IMG/VR virus record: IMGVR_UViG_3300012953_000171
Span: 1 to 27,533 of that record
Length of the DNA stretch: 27,533 nucleotides
Direction: 5' to 3' (one strand)
From: a virus
Taxonomy: Duplodnaviria; Caudoviricetes
A program made the translations under genes and the position numbers. Numbering within the stretch: the first letter of the stretch is position 1; each line of letters opens with the position of its first letter. Below are positions 1-8,912 of the stretch, one piece after another. The notes below the pieces were generated by a model that worked only from the letters and a program-made list of their open reading frames with translations, was not told the DNA's origin and searched no databases.

Positions 1-909
1 TGTACCTTCATTACTTAAACCATCTGGATATGGGTCAATATACAGAAGATTACCATGACCTTCTTTAGTTGAAATTATATTAGATGATATACCAACACCA
101 CCGATTCTTGCATCAAGTGCATTGAATGTTCCACCTGTTTGATGCATATCACCTTGGAAGGTTGATACACCAGTAACCTTTAAGTTACGGATAGTCATCT
201 CATCGACAAATAAATCGTCTTTAATATGAAGATCACCACCTACAAATAGATCACTTATAAAAGTACCAATACCTGTAAATGTTGAAACACCAGTAACACC
301 TAAATTTCCACCTATATTAACACTCTTCTCTATACCAACTCCACCTTCGACTACAAGGGCACCATTGTCCTTTGTAGATGAATCAGTGATATCTGCCATA
401 ACAATTGCTACACCGTTAGCATATGTCCAATCAGCACCAGTTACTTGTACTCTGTCAGTTCCGTTCTCATCATACTCTATTTTTGCGTCTTTACTATCAC
501 CAAAGGTTAGAAATATATCATCTCCGATTACTACTTCACCAGCTCCATTAGGTGTAAAGAAAATATCTCCATCCGTGTTTGTCGATGAAAGTACGTTTGC
601 ATCTAATCTTAAATTATCTACATTCCATTGGTCAACTTTCTGGTTTTGATCGAGAACAGGAACAAATCCTCTTACAGCTGCAGAAGGGTTACTTTGACCT
701 GCAACTAAACCTGGTCCAATACTTAATAAGTCTGTATAATATCTACCACCAATTACTTGTGGGTTTCCTGCATTATCTCCAACATATAATCTATCACCAC
801 TATTGGATTGTGTTCCACCTCCACTCAGGGTTACAGCAAGTTCACCAAAATTCAGACTGCTCGGAGCAGTCGTTCCAGTTGATCTCTTTACTCTTATAAT
901 ACTTGCCAC
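1..909 (-). CDS. Tail fibre-like virion protein, 5' part (runs off the left edge of the window)
   Basis: Not in the ORF track. Read by hand: GTG start at 909 overlaps the TAG of the upstream gene (TAGTG) and the frame stays open to position 1 (303 codons). MASIIRVKRSTGTTAPSSLNFGELAVT...RLYVGD is a typical fibre N-terminal anchor, followed by beta-repeat motifs (GALVVEGGVGIEKSVNIGGNLGVTGVSTFTGIGTF). Confidence 0.8.
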   Translation of the reverse strand, partial: MASIIRVKRSTGTTAPSSLNFGELAVTLSGGGTQSNSGDRLYVGDNAGNPQVIGGRYYTDLLSIGPGLVAGQSNPSAAVRGFVPVLDQNQKVDQWNVDNLRLDANVLSSTNTDGDIFFTPNGAGEVVIGDDIFLTFGDSKDAKIEYDENGTDRVQVTGADWTYANGVAIVMADITDSSTKDNGALVVEGGVGIEKSVNIGGNLGVTGVSTFTGIGTFISDLFVGGDLHIKDDLFVDEMTIRNLKVTGVSTFQGDMHQTGGTFNALDARIGGVGISSNIISTKEGHGNLLYIDPYPDGLSNEGT

Positions 910-1136
910 TAGAAGCTACCTCCGTTTATGTCCAAATTCTGTGTTGCACCTGGAGTCAACTCCAAAGTTCCAGTCCATTGTTGTGTTGTACTGTTGTATA
1001 CTAAAACCATTCCATTCTGTGGGTTACTGGCGTTCACATCACTTAGTTCACCAATAGTTCCTGCTGAAGCACCTGCTAATGAAGATGTAACCTTAATAGC
1101 ATTTTTTTGACCAACTCTTACTTTAATGTCTGTCAT
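909..1136 (-). CDS. Small fibre-associated protein (75 aa)
   Basis: Overlaps both neighbours by 1 nt. Contains IGELSDVNASNPQNGMVLVYNSTTQQWT, a repeat unit common in phage fibre proteins, and ends in DINGGSF. Confidence 0.7.
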   Translation of the reverse strand: MTDIKVRVGQKNAIKVTSSLAGASAGTIGELSDVNASNPQNGMVLVYNSTTQQWTGTLELTPGATQNLDINGGSF

Positions 1137-1474
1137 TATTTCGTAATTCCTTCTCTAACAAGAACTGAACCTTCTAATACTCTTGTAACTTCACCCGCTG
1201 TATCTGTAATGAGAACATCGTACATAAATCTACCAGGTTTAAGAACTGCAGTTTGACTTGTTGTAAGTCCAACTCTTATTCTTCCACCAGAAGCATTTAT
1301 AATCTGCGTTGAGAAATCTGTCGCAGAACTAGCACCAGGATGCTTTCGCATCTGTGCAGTTGCAGTGAAACCAGTCAAATCTGTAGCAGAATTTGTATCT
1401 GCACTTTCCAAAGTGAAAATTTGAGAAAATGTAGTACCAGTATTAACAGTTAAATTACTTACGTAAACTGCCAT
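1136..1474 (-). CDS. Small virion structural protein (112 aa), probable beta-sandwich baseplate/fibre adaptor
   Basis: DLTGFTATAQMRK...GRIRVGLT...PGRFMYDVLI...RVLEGSVLV pattern of small structural proteins found next to fibre genes in T4-like marine phages; late promoter directly upstream. Confidence 0.7.
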   Translation of the reverse strand: MAVYVSNLTVNTGTTFSQIFTLESADTNSATDLTGFTATAQMRKHPGASSATDFSTQIINASGGRIRVGLTTSQTAVLKPGRFMYDVLITDTAGEVTRVLEGSVLVREGITK

Positions 1475-1501
1475 TTAAAAACAATATCAGGATCTAAGAT
1501 A

Positions 1502-1509
1502 TATTTATA
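1502..1509 (-). promoter_or_regulatory. T4-type late promoter (gp55 sigma) TATAAATA
   Basis: Exact TATAAATA on the minus strand in the 50-bp gap, 27 nt upstream of the ATG at 1474. Confidence 0.8.
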
Positions 1510-1524
1510 TTTAATATAACCCGT

Positions 1525-1719
1525 CTATTTTTCTACTATCAATCTGAGCAAATTCTTTATTTCTTCAATATCTTTTTTCATATTATCTAATTCTTCTTTC
1601 TGAGTTAATTTTAATCGTCTTGATTTCTTATACTGAGAAAATCCATGACTATCAGTATTTATGATAGCCCCAGATTTTTCATCTCTGTATAAATTTTTGT
1701 GCCCTTCGACTGGTATCAT
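1525..1719 (-). CDS. Conserved hypothetical protein with C-terminal coiled coil (64 aa)
   Basis: ATGA overlap with the VrlC stop; LYRDEKSGAIIN motif and heptad-like ELDNMKKDIEEIKNLLRLI tail. Confidence 0.75.
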   Translation of the reverse strand: MIPVEGHKNLYRDEKSGAIINTDSHGFSQYKKSRRLKLTQKEELDNMKKDIEEIKNLLRLIVEK

Positions 1720-4700
1720 GCTAACGCTAGTGTTCTGAAATCTTTAAATCTAGGTGCTCGTGCTTCATTTGTTCCACTACTTACAATTTTAATTTTAAAT
1801 CCAGTAAATTCATCTAAATTATCAGCACTAAATTGATACTCTTTGAATTGATCTGCAGTACTTGGTGAAACAAAAGCATCTGGTTTACCACTATTCTTGG
1901 CAGGATCAATTACCTGATCACCAAAACCATCTCCATCAGTATCATTCAGATTATCAAAACCAGGAAATAGTTCGTATGCTAATTCAGTTTCACTTCCATC
2001 TTCTCTAAACAATTGATAAAGAACCCTGAAGTCTGCAGATGAATCACGATAAGCAGCAACTAATACTTTTAATGATGTTGCAGGATTTTTAAGATCTACT
2101 CGATTACTTATATAAACTGCAGCATGAGGATCACCAGTTGTTGCATTAGACCTACCATCTTTTACATAATCATCTATTGGTCTATTAAGTCTTGATCTTC
2201 CATATAATATAGTAGCAGTTGAAATATCCAAAACTGGAGATAAATTAGGATCATTAGTCTGCATCCTAATACCTAAAGTGAATGAACGATTTAATGGTAA
2301 TCCAGTCAATCTTGTATTTTCATTAACTCTTGAACAAACTATCCTTGGTGTGTTTAATTCATTTGGCACATTAAGAGTTATTGGTTCATAACCTTGATCA
2401 ATGAATGGAACTTCTCCACCACCAGAACTTGTTCCTGAAACTGTTCTAACTTGTGCTGTTATTGTAGTAGCCTCAGTTGGTGTCAAAACACTAAACTCAG
2501 GTAAAATTGCATTAAATTGATAATTTTGTGATGCAAAAATGTCTTCCCCACCAACATTTTGTTCTTTTGTGAAACTTACTTGACTATCACCATTTGATAA
2601 AGAACCTCTATCAATTTCAAGATAGTAAGAATCAATATCTCTAGCATTACTCAAAGCAGTAATATTAGTCATATTATGATCTTTATTAATGTTTCTTAAA
2701 TCAACACCATTTAATTCATACTTATATGCAATATCACCTACCTCATGTGTTCTAACAATAGTTCCATCAACACCTCTTGTTCCAATTCCCAATTGATTTG
2801 GTGCTTGTATGCTATTATAGAAAATAATTTCATTGTTTATCTGTACATATCCTTGTGCAGTAGATATTCCATTAAATGAGGCAAATGGAGTTGTATTTGC
2901 AACTGATATTACTTGATCACTAACATCTAAGAAATCGTCAAGAAGAATAGGAGCAGTATCAGGTTCAACGTTTGCAAGAGTAACTACGTTGGTATCGGCT
3001 TGCATACCATGATTATATTGCTGAATTTCAACTATATTACCAGCATACTTATCATCATAAGTTGCAGATGATGTAATTGTTGTACTACCATATGAAGTTG
3101 CAGTTGCACCCTCATAAACTACAATTGGTTGACCTGTTGTAAATGTTTCACCTTGAACATTATTCAAATATAATGTCCCTACACCATTTGTTGCTGAAAC
3201 CACTAATTGTGCGTCGGAACCTTTTGTAACGTTACTTGTTGTTATACCAATAACATCCCCAACAGCATATCCATTACCACCTGTATTGCTTGTAATAGAT
3301 GCTGTTGATACTTGACCAGAAGCATTTGTGGCAATCGTTGCTGTTGCTCCTGATCCATTACCTGTAATGGCATATAATGGGACACCACTATATGTTTGAC
3401 TTCCTACAAAACCTGTTCCACCATTAGTTACTCCAAGGGTTTGTGCTGGTCCACCAGTTCTTTCAATATATCCCTGAATTGGATTTCCTGCTGTGGCATC
3501 ACTTACCTGAACACCAAGAGACATTTTTGCAATTGATGATGCGTGTGTTGTAGTTGTAATACCAACTTTTAATTTTCTTGGTAATGTTCTAATTGCATTA
3601 GGAAGCAATCTTTCAATAATTCCAGAATTTGTTTCTAACTTAGGATTATAGAAGAATGCAGTACCTGCAGTAGTTGAGAATTGTGCTTTACGTATTTTGA
3701 ATTTAAGATCTTCAAACTGGCTAGGTGTCCAAATAGTACCATTCTGTGATTTAAATAAACTACCACCAACATATTGACGAGTAACAACAACTGCTTCAGC
3801 ATCAGGTAAACTCTGTGTATTAACAGTTCTCTCACCCATCTGAGCAATCCATGCTTCATAAAGATTTGTTGTAGGTGCTAATAATACAATTGCATATTCA
3901 GTTTCTGGTTCAAGAGGAACAGGAGAAGGGAATTTTACTCTTGTTGGTATCTCAGCATTAGATGATATATTAATATCACTTGGATTGAGAACAGCACGAG
4001 CATAATCTTGAACGAGTGTATTTGTTGGAAGACCCAACTCCATTGTTCTTAATTCAACTGTTAACTTTTGCTCTGGATCTTTATTAGCAAGGAATATATC
4101 AACTGCAGTTACAAATCCACCAGTTTCATCAGTTGTAAATGATTGAGCAAGAGGATCAAAGAACCATCTTCTTCGTCTGACAGTTTGAACAATAGTAGTT
4201 GTAAATGTGTCTATTCTACCCTCTGTTCGATAATTAGTCTCACCAGAACTTATTAATAAACTACCAGGTAATGGTTCTGCATTCTCTGCACTTGATGTTA
4301 ATTTAAATGCACTAGTTCCTGTTCTAAATCTTAATGGTGGTGGTGGAGTTGTTAATGGATCTCTAAAGAAGAATGATCCATAAAGATCTCCATATGTATC
4401 AGCAACTAATCTTACATTTGATACACTTGCTTGTGCACCACTACTCTTTCCTAATAAAGTTACACCACTTGTAGGAATATATCCATAAAATCTTCCCTGT
4501 GCTTCATCTGCCATTGACGATATATCAATGTTTAAAACAGTTGTTGATGCAGAATAAGCACTTCCTAAACTTAATGAAGTATTATAAGGATTTGCATTGA
4601 ATGTCTCACCAGGTGAATTTATATCTCCCAATTTATGATCTGGTTGAGCAATTCTGAATATTGCAACAAGATTACTATTTTGATCATAAGCTTCTACAGT

Positions 4701-7700
4701 TTCACCTTTAGTAAATATTCCATTTACCATTGAAATTTCAAGTAGTTTTGGAACAATATCAATTCCACTAACACTATCAAAGAAAGGATAGAACCTAGCA
4801 ACAGGTCTTAATCCATTAGCTGAAAAAGCAACGTTTCTTGACCTTATATGAGTATCAGGTTCTTGACTTGTTAATACTCGTTCAGTTGTTGTTGTAATCC
4901 TTCTTGAACCACCAAACAAACCACCTAATATAGCACCAAATAAACCAAAAACTAGCAGAGCTCCGCCTACGATCCCTGCAGCTGCAGCACCACCAACACC
5001 AGCAAGTGCTCCAGTAGCACTGAGTTGAGTTCTTCTTCCTCGTGTTACTCTTACAATACCACCATCAACTTCTATAGTTCTAACCCAACTATCAGCAAAT
5101 GGTTTTAATTCAATAGTACCAATAAATTCAACCATATTAAATGGGTTGACATTTTCAACTCTAGATGCTAATGGTTGATTAATCCAATCAATTTCTTCAT
5201 AAGCAACAGTAATTAAATCACCAGTTTTTTGAACATTAGTATCTAATAACTCAAGATTTTGAGAAAAATCTGCTGTATCAACATTAGTTGTTAAATCTAA
5301 TGCTAATTCTGGTTTCATAGACCAGAAATCTGCAGCAACATTTAACTCTCTAGCCTCAGAATTAATTGATACTCTCAAATCTGGATCACTACTATCTAAA
5401 AGATCTGCATTTTTAAAATCATCAACAAAAAATCCAGTTTTAAATCTTGATAAACCATCAACATCTTGAACTTGTAAAGTTTTTGTATCCAGTTCAAGTA
5501 AACTTAATGAAGTAACTTCTTCTAAAGTTTCTATTCTATCTTCAAGTCTACCAATATCTCTCATAGTATATCTGGTATTATCAGCAACTCTTATAATTGC
5601 ATCATCGGGATTATAAAGATAAGCAGGTAACTGAATTGTTGCAATTTCCATTGCATCACTAGTGCTTGGTGGAACTGCAGGATTAGTTGATGAAGTGCCT
5701 TGAATTACTGCTAAATTTCCTAAAGTATCTAAAATGACTCTATCATTTCTAGGTAAGTAAAAATTATAACCTATAATTGAACTCTCATTTGGAGTTGCAA
5801 CAAATGATGGGTTAAAACTATTTGCAAAAGTTCTATTTTGAAATGCAAAAGGTGATTCTGCACCAGTGTAAGTTGAAACTCTCGGTCTGAAATCAATCGT
5901 ATCGGTTGCTCTTAAATTATTTTTTAGTAGTGGAATATCATTTGAAAATCTTTCTTCATCATATGATGCAACTGTGTAGAAATCACCAACGTCATTTGTT
6001 GGAACATCATAACGATCATATACAACTAAAACTTTTCTGGTTGCAGGTGGAAAATCAACTCTTCTTACAAGTCGTGAATAATCATAAAATTGTTCTCTCT
6101 GACCCTTATCAAGTTCAAATCTATTAGTAATATTTAAGTTATTTCCAACAGTTATAAGTTGTAGTAATGTAGATATATTTGATTCGTCAAAATTACAAAC
6201 TTCACCTTTTGCAAATTTAGTCGGTGTTAAATATACTATTTCAACTTCGGTTGCAGATATTAAAGATGTTATCTGTGCAACAGCATCACTATTATCACCT
6301 ATAATTTTTTCACCTAAAATAGCTGTTGTATCTAAATTTAAACCAGATGGAAAAGTTAATTTATCAAGCACTGGTGAATTATTATCTGTTGATTCAAATA
6401 CACCCAATACCTTTGCCACATCTGGTTTATTTAATGATATCTCTCTATCCTCTACCCTTAAACCATAACCAGATGCCTGATCCATCCCTGAAAGAGATGT
6501 ATTAATCCCTACAGCAGTCTTAAGAACTTCTAATTTTTCACTTCTAATATAATTCTTTACTTTACTCTTTAATGCTTGTTTTTTAAGAGTTGTTGATACA
6601 ACAACATTTGTCTGACTAGCTGTTAGTCCATTTATGGTAACAGTTTGACCATCTGAACTTAAAACAAACTGATCTGCTGTTAAATCTTCAATTGCTCCAT
6701 TAGAATAGTGAACAGAATATCTTTCAGCATCAAATCCTTCATAAAATGCACTTGAAATACCACTGGCAGCAAGATCAAATGTTAATACACCAGACCCATC
6801 AGTGCTTTCTCCTGTTATATTTGTACCGACAGTTAGATTGGCACCCGATAAATTAATGTCAGATACATTCTTATTACCTAATTCTGCATATAATCCCTTA
6901 GTTTCATTTAAATTTATATTAGGAACACCAAATGAGAAAGTCGTAGTTGTTAGTACAGATGGAACAGTACCATTACATACACCTGCTATACTAGCAACAG
7001 AACCTACAGTTATTGAAAGTCCATCTGTAGATACACTTGTAACCCTATTAAATCTTTCAGTTGCTTCATCTGGCAACTGATATCTAATAATTGTATCTGT
7101 TTTTATACCAGTAAAACTTCTACCAGCACATGTAGCAACACCAGTTACTCCAATATTTAATTTATCTACAATACTAAAACCAGTTGGAATTCTTCTTTGT
7201 AAAACAGTATCAGCAACAAAATCAGAAGCATATCCAGATACAGAAGATGCATCCTGATAAACTGATTTAATATCTTGTATACCAAAAGTTCTAACTGTTT
7301 GAAGAGATCTTGATAATTCTGGATCTTCATTAATAATTATTTGTTCACCTTGTACAAATACACCAGTAACTTCAGATAACTTATGTTCAGTATTGCCACC
7401 ACCTGCACCTACTGTGTAACCAATAGCACCACTACTCACACCTCTTACTCGTGAAGCATCTGGAAGTTGAGCATTACTTACAGATTGATTAAATACTAAA
7501 CGAGTAAATGTTTGTATATCAAATAAATGTAAATCCCATTCAGTTGTATCTCCAGCATAAGATGCGTTAGATACAGTAAATGAATAAACTCTTGCTTGAC
7601 CTACTAATTCACCAGTTCCAGCAGTATTTGAACCAGTTCTTTGATTGTATAATTCAACTACTTTAGTATCATAATTGATATTTGGTACAGGAGCACCAAA

Positions 7701-8909
7701 AACATTATTAACTCTTAAAATAGTTCCCATTTGATAGGGAACTAACGAAGAATCTACTATTTGTTTGTCTCTTGGTTTGGCAACATCTATCATTGATACA
7801 CCACCAAGAGTTACATCATATCCCTTTACATATGCTTTTCCAGCAGATATTTTAACACACATTAAATCATCTGATGGTGTATTTTGTTGATCTGTTACCT
7901 CATTTGATCTAAAAATACCTTCATTTGATATACCATCATTTAATGAATTAAAGACTTGAACATCGAATGGTGCTACTGAATAATTTCCAGATTCATCATA
8001 TGTTCTTGTAGCAAAATAATCTCTTATTAAAGAATAGTCTGATTTTTTGACTATCTTTTTAATTTCACCTTCATCTACTCTTAAAAGTTCAATAAAGTTT
8101 GTGTCATTAAAATCAGTTAGATTTTTCTTTCCTAATGTTGTAGTTATTTTTAATCTATCAGCACCTGGTGCAGCAAAATTTGAAAATCCTCTTGCATTAT
8201 CATATAAAGAATCATCATTTTTAGCAGTAATTAATTGCTCATCAATATTTAAACCAACTCTGTATGATGGTGTATTTGTATAAGGATCTAAAACAATTTT
8301 ATCTGTAGATACATCAACAAAAGTTCCTCTAATAAAATATGTTCCAGAAGATATACCAACTGCGGATCCAATGGCAGAAGCACCAGTATCTACTAATGTA
8401 AGAACTGTTTCTCCTTCATTAATTGCAGTATTACCATAAGTAAAAGATTCTTGAACTATTAATTTTTCACCATCATCTAAATATGATATTTGATTATCAT
8501 TTCCAGACTCCAAATATTTTACATATATTGTTAAATCATCTATTTCTGTACCAGCTCCTACTAATTGATAACTATCAATCGTTAAAACAATACCAGAAGT
8601 TTGACCTTTTAATCTTAGACCAATTAACTGTTCTAAGTATAAATTAACTGGAATACCTAAATGATCTTCTAATATCCTTACTGAATAGTATTGATTGTCA
8701 AAATTAATATTACCAGGTATCACCATAGACCCATCTTTAAAGATGTGACTACCAAATGATTCAATTTGATTTTGAAGAATTGATTGAGACTGTGTTAATT
8801 CTCTTGCTTGAACAGGGAATCCTGGTTTAAATAGGACTTTGTAAAATTTATCTTCCTTATTAAAATCATCATAATAAGGACTTATATTTAAATTTGTTTT
8901 TTGTGGCAT
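1716..8909 (-). CDS. VrlC-like (DUF4815-type) large virion structural protein, 2397 aa
   Basis: N-terminus MPQKTNLNISPYYDDF...VLFKPGFPVQARELTQ, GFSNFAAPGADRLKI, RTYDESGNY, FKTGFFVDDF and DPLAQSF motifs are characteristic of cyanophage VrlC-like proteins; sits directly after gp8. Confidence 0.85.
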   Translation of the reverse strand: MPQKTNLNISPYYDDFNKEDKFYKVLFKPGFPVQARELTQSQSILQNQIESFGSHIFKDGSMVIPGNINFDNQYYSVRILEDHLGIPVNLYLEQLIGLRLKGQTSGIVLTIDSYQLVGAGTEIDDLTIYVKYLESGNDNQISYLDDGEKLIVQESFTYGNTAINEGETVLTLVDTGASAIGSAVGISSGTYFIRGTFVDVSTDKIVLDPYTNTPSYRVGLNIDEQLITAKNDDSLYDNARGFSNFAAPGADRLKITTTLGKKNLTDFNDTNFIELLRVDEGEIKKIVKKSDYSLIRDYFATRTYDESGNYSVAPFDVQVFNSLNDGISNEGIFRSNEVTDQQNTPSDDLMCVKISAGKAYVKGYDVTLGGVSMIDVAKPRDKQIVDSSLVPYQMGTILRVNNVFGAPVPNINYDTKVVELYNQRTGSNTAGTGELVGQARVYSFTVSNASYAGDTTEWDLHLFDIQTFTRLVFNQSVSNAQLPDASRVRGVSSGAIGYTVGAGGGNTEHKLSEVTGVFVQGEQIIINEDPELSRSLQTVRTFGIQDIKSVYQDASSVSGYASDFVADTVLQRRIPTGFSIVDKLNIGVTGVATCAGRSFTGIKTDTIIRYQLPDEATERFNRVTSVSTDGLSITVGSVASIAGVCNGTVPSVLTTTTFSFGVPNINLNETKGLYAELGNKNVSDINLSGANLTVGTNITGESTDGSGVLTFDLAASGISSAFYEGFDAERYSVHYSNGAIEDLTADQFVLSSDGQTVTINGLTASQTNVVVSTTLKKQALKSKVKNYIRSEKLEVLKTAVGINTSLSGMDQASGYGLRVEDREISLNKPDVAKVLGVFESTDNNSPVLDKLTFPSGLNLDTTAILGEKIIGDNSDAVAQITSLISATEVEIVYLTPTKFAKGEVCNFDESNISTLLQLITVGNNLNITNRFELDKGQREQFYDYSRLVRRVDFPPATRKVLVVYDRYDVPTNDVGDFYTVASYDEERFSNDIPLLKNNLRATDTIDFRPRVSTYTGAESPFAFQNRTFANSFNPSFVATPNESSIIGYNFYLPRNDRVILDTLGNLAVIQGTSSTNPAVPPSTSDAMEIATIQLPAYLYNPDDAIIRVADNTRYTMRDIGRLEDRIETLEEVTSLSLLELDTKTLQVQDVDGLSRFKTGFFVDDFKNADLLDSSDPDLRVSINSEARELNVAADFWSMKPELALDLTTNVDTADFSQNLELLDTNVQKTGDLITVAYEEIDWINQPLASRVENVNPFNMVEFIGTIELKPFADSWVRTIEVDGGIVRVTRGRRTQLSATGALAGVGGAAAAGIVGGALLVFGLFGAILGGLFGGSRRITTTTERVLTSQEPDTHIRSRNVAFSANGLRPVARFYPFFDSVSGIDIVPKLLEISMVNGIFTKGETVEAYDQNSNLVAIFRIAQPDHKLGDINSPGETFNANPYNTSLSLGSAYSASTTVLNIDISSMADEAQGRFYGYIPTSGVTLLGKSSGAQASVSNVRLVADTYGDLYGSFFFRDPLTTPPPPLRFRTGTSAFKLTSSAENAEPLPGSLLISSGETNYRTEGRIDTFTTTIVQTVRRRRWFFDPLAQSFTTDETGGFVTAVDIFLANKDPEQKLTVELRTMELGLPTNTLVQDYARAVLNPSDINISSNAEIPTRVKFPSPVPLEPETEYAIVLLAPTTNLYEAWIAQMGERTVNTQSLPDAEAVVVTRQYVGGSLFKSQNGTIWTPSQFEDLKFKIRKAQFSTTAGTAFFYNPKLETNSGIIERLLPNAIRTLPRKLKVGITTTTHASSIAKMSLGVQVSDATAGNPIQGYIERTGGPAQTLGVTNGGTGFVGSQTYSGVPLYAITGNGSGATATIATNASGQVSTASITSNTGGNGYAVGDVIGITTSNVTKGSDAQLVVSATNGVGTLYLNNVQGETFTTGQPIVVYEGATATSYGSTTITSSATYDDKYAGNIVEIQQYNHGMQADTNVVTLANVEPDTAPILLDDFLDVSDQVISVANTTPFASFNGISTAQGYVQINNEIIFYNSIQAPNQLGIGTRGVDGTIVRTHEVGDIAYKYELNGVDLRNINKDHNMTNITALSNARDIDSYYLEIDRGSLSNGDSQVSFTKEQNVGGEDIFASQNYQFNAILPEFSVLTPTEATTITAQVRTVSGTSSGGGEVPFIDQGYEPITLNVPNELNTPRIVCSRVNENTRLTGLPLNRSFTLGIRMQTNDPNLSPVLDISTATILYGRSRLNRPIDDYVKDGRSNATTGDPHAAVYISNRVDLKNPATSLKVLVAAYRDSSADFRVLYQLFREDGSETELAYELFPGFDNLNDTDGDGFGDQVIDPAKNSGKPDAFVSPSTADQFKEYQFSADNLDEFTGFKIKIVSSGTNEARAPRFKDFRTLALA

Positions 8910-8912
8910 TTT

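Noticed and set aside
1656-1662. Extra ATAAATA inside the 64-aa gene
   Set aside because: Intragenic, and such heptamers occur by chance in AT-rich DNA; a perfect intergenic copy exists at 1502-1509.
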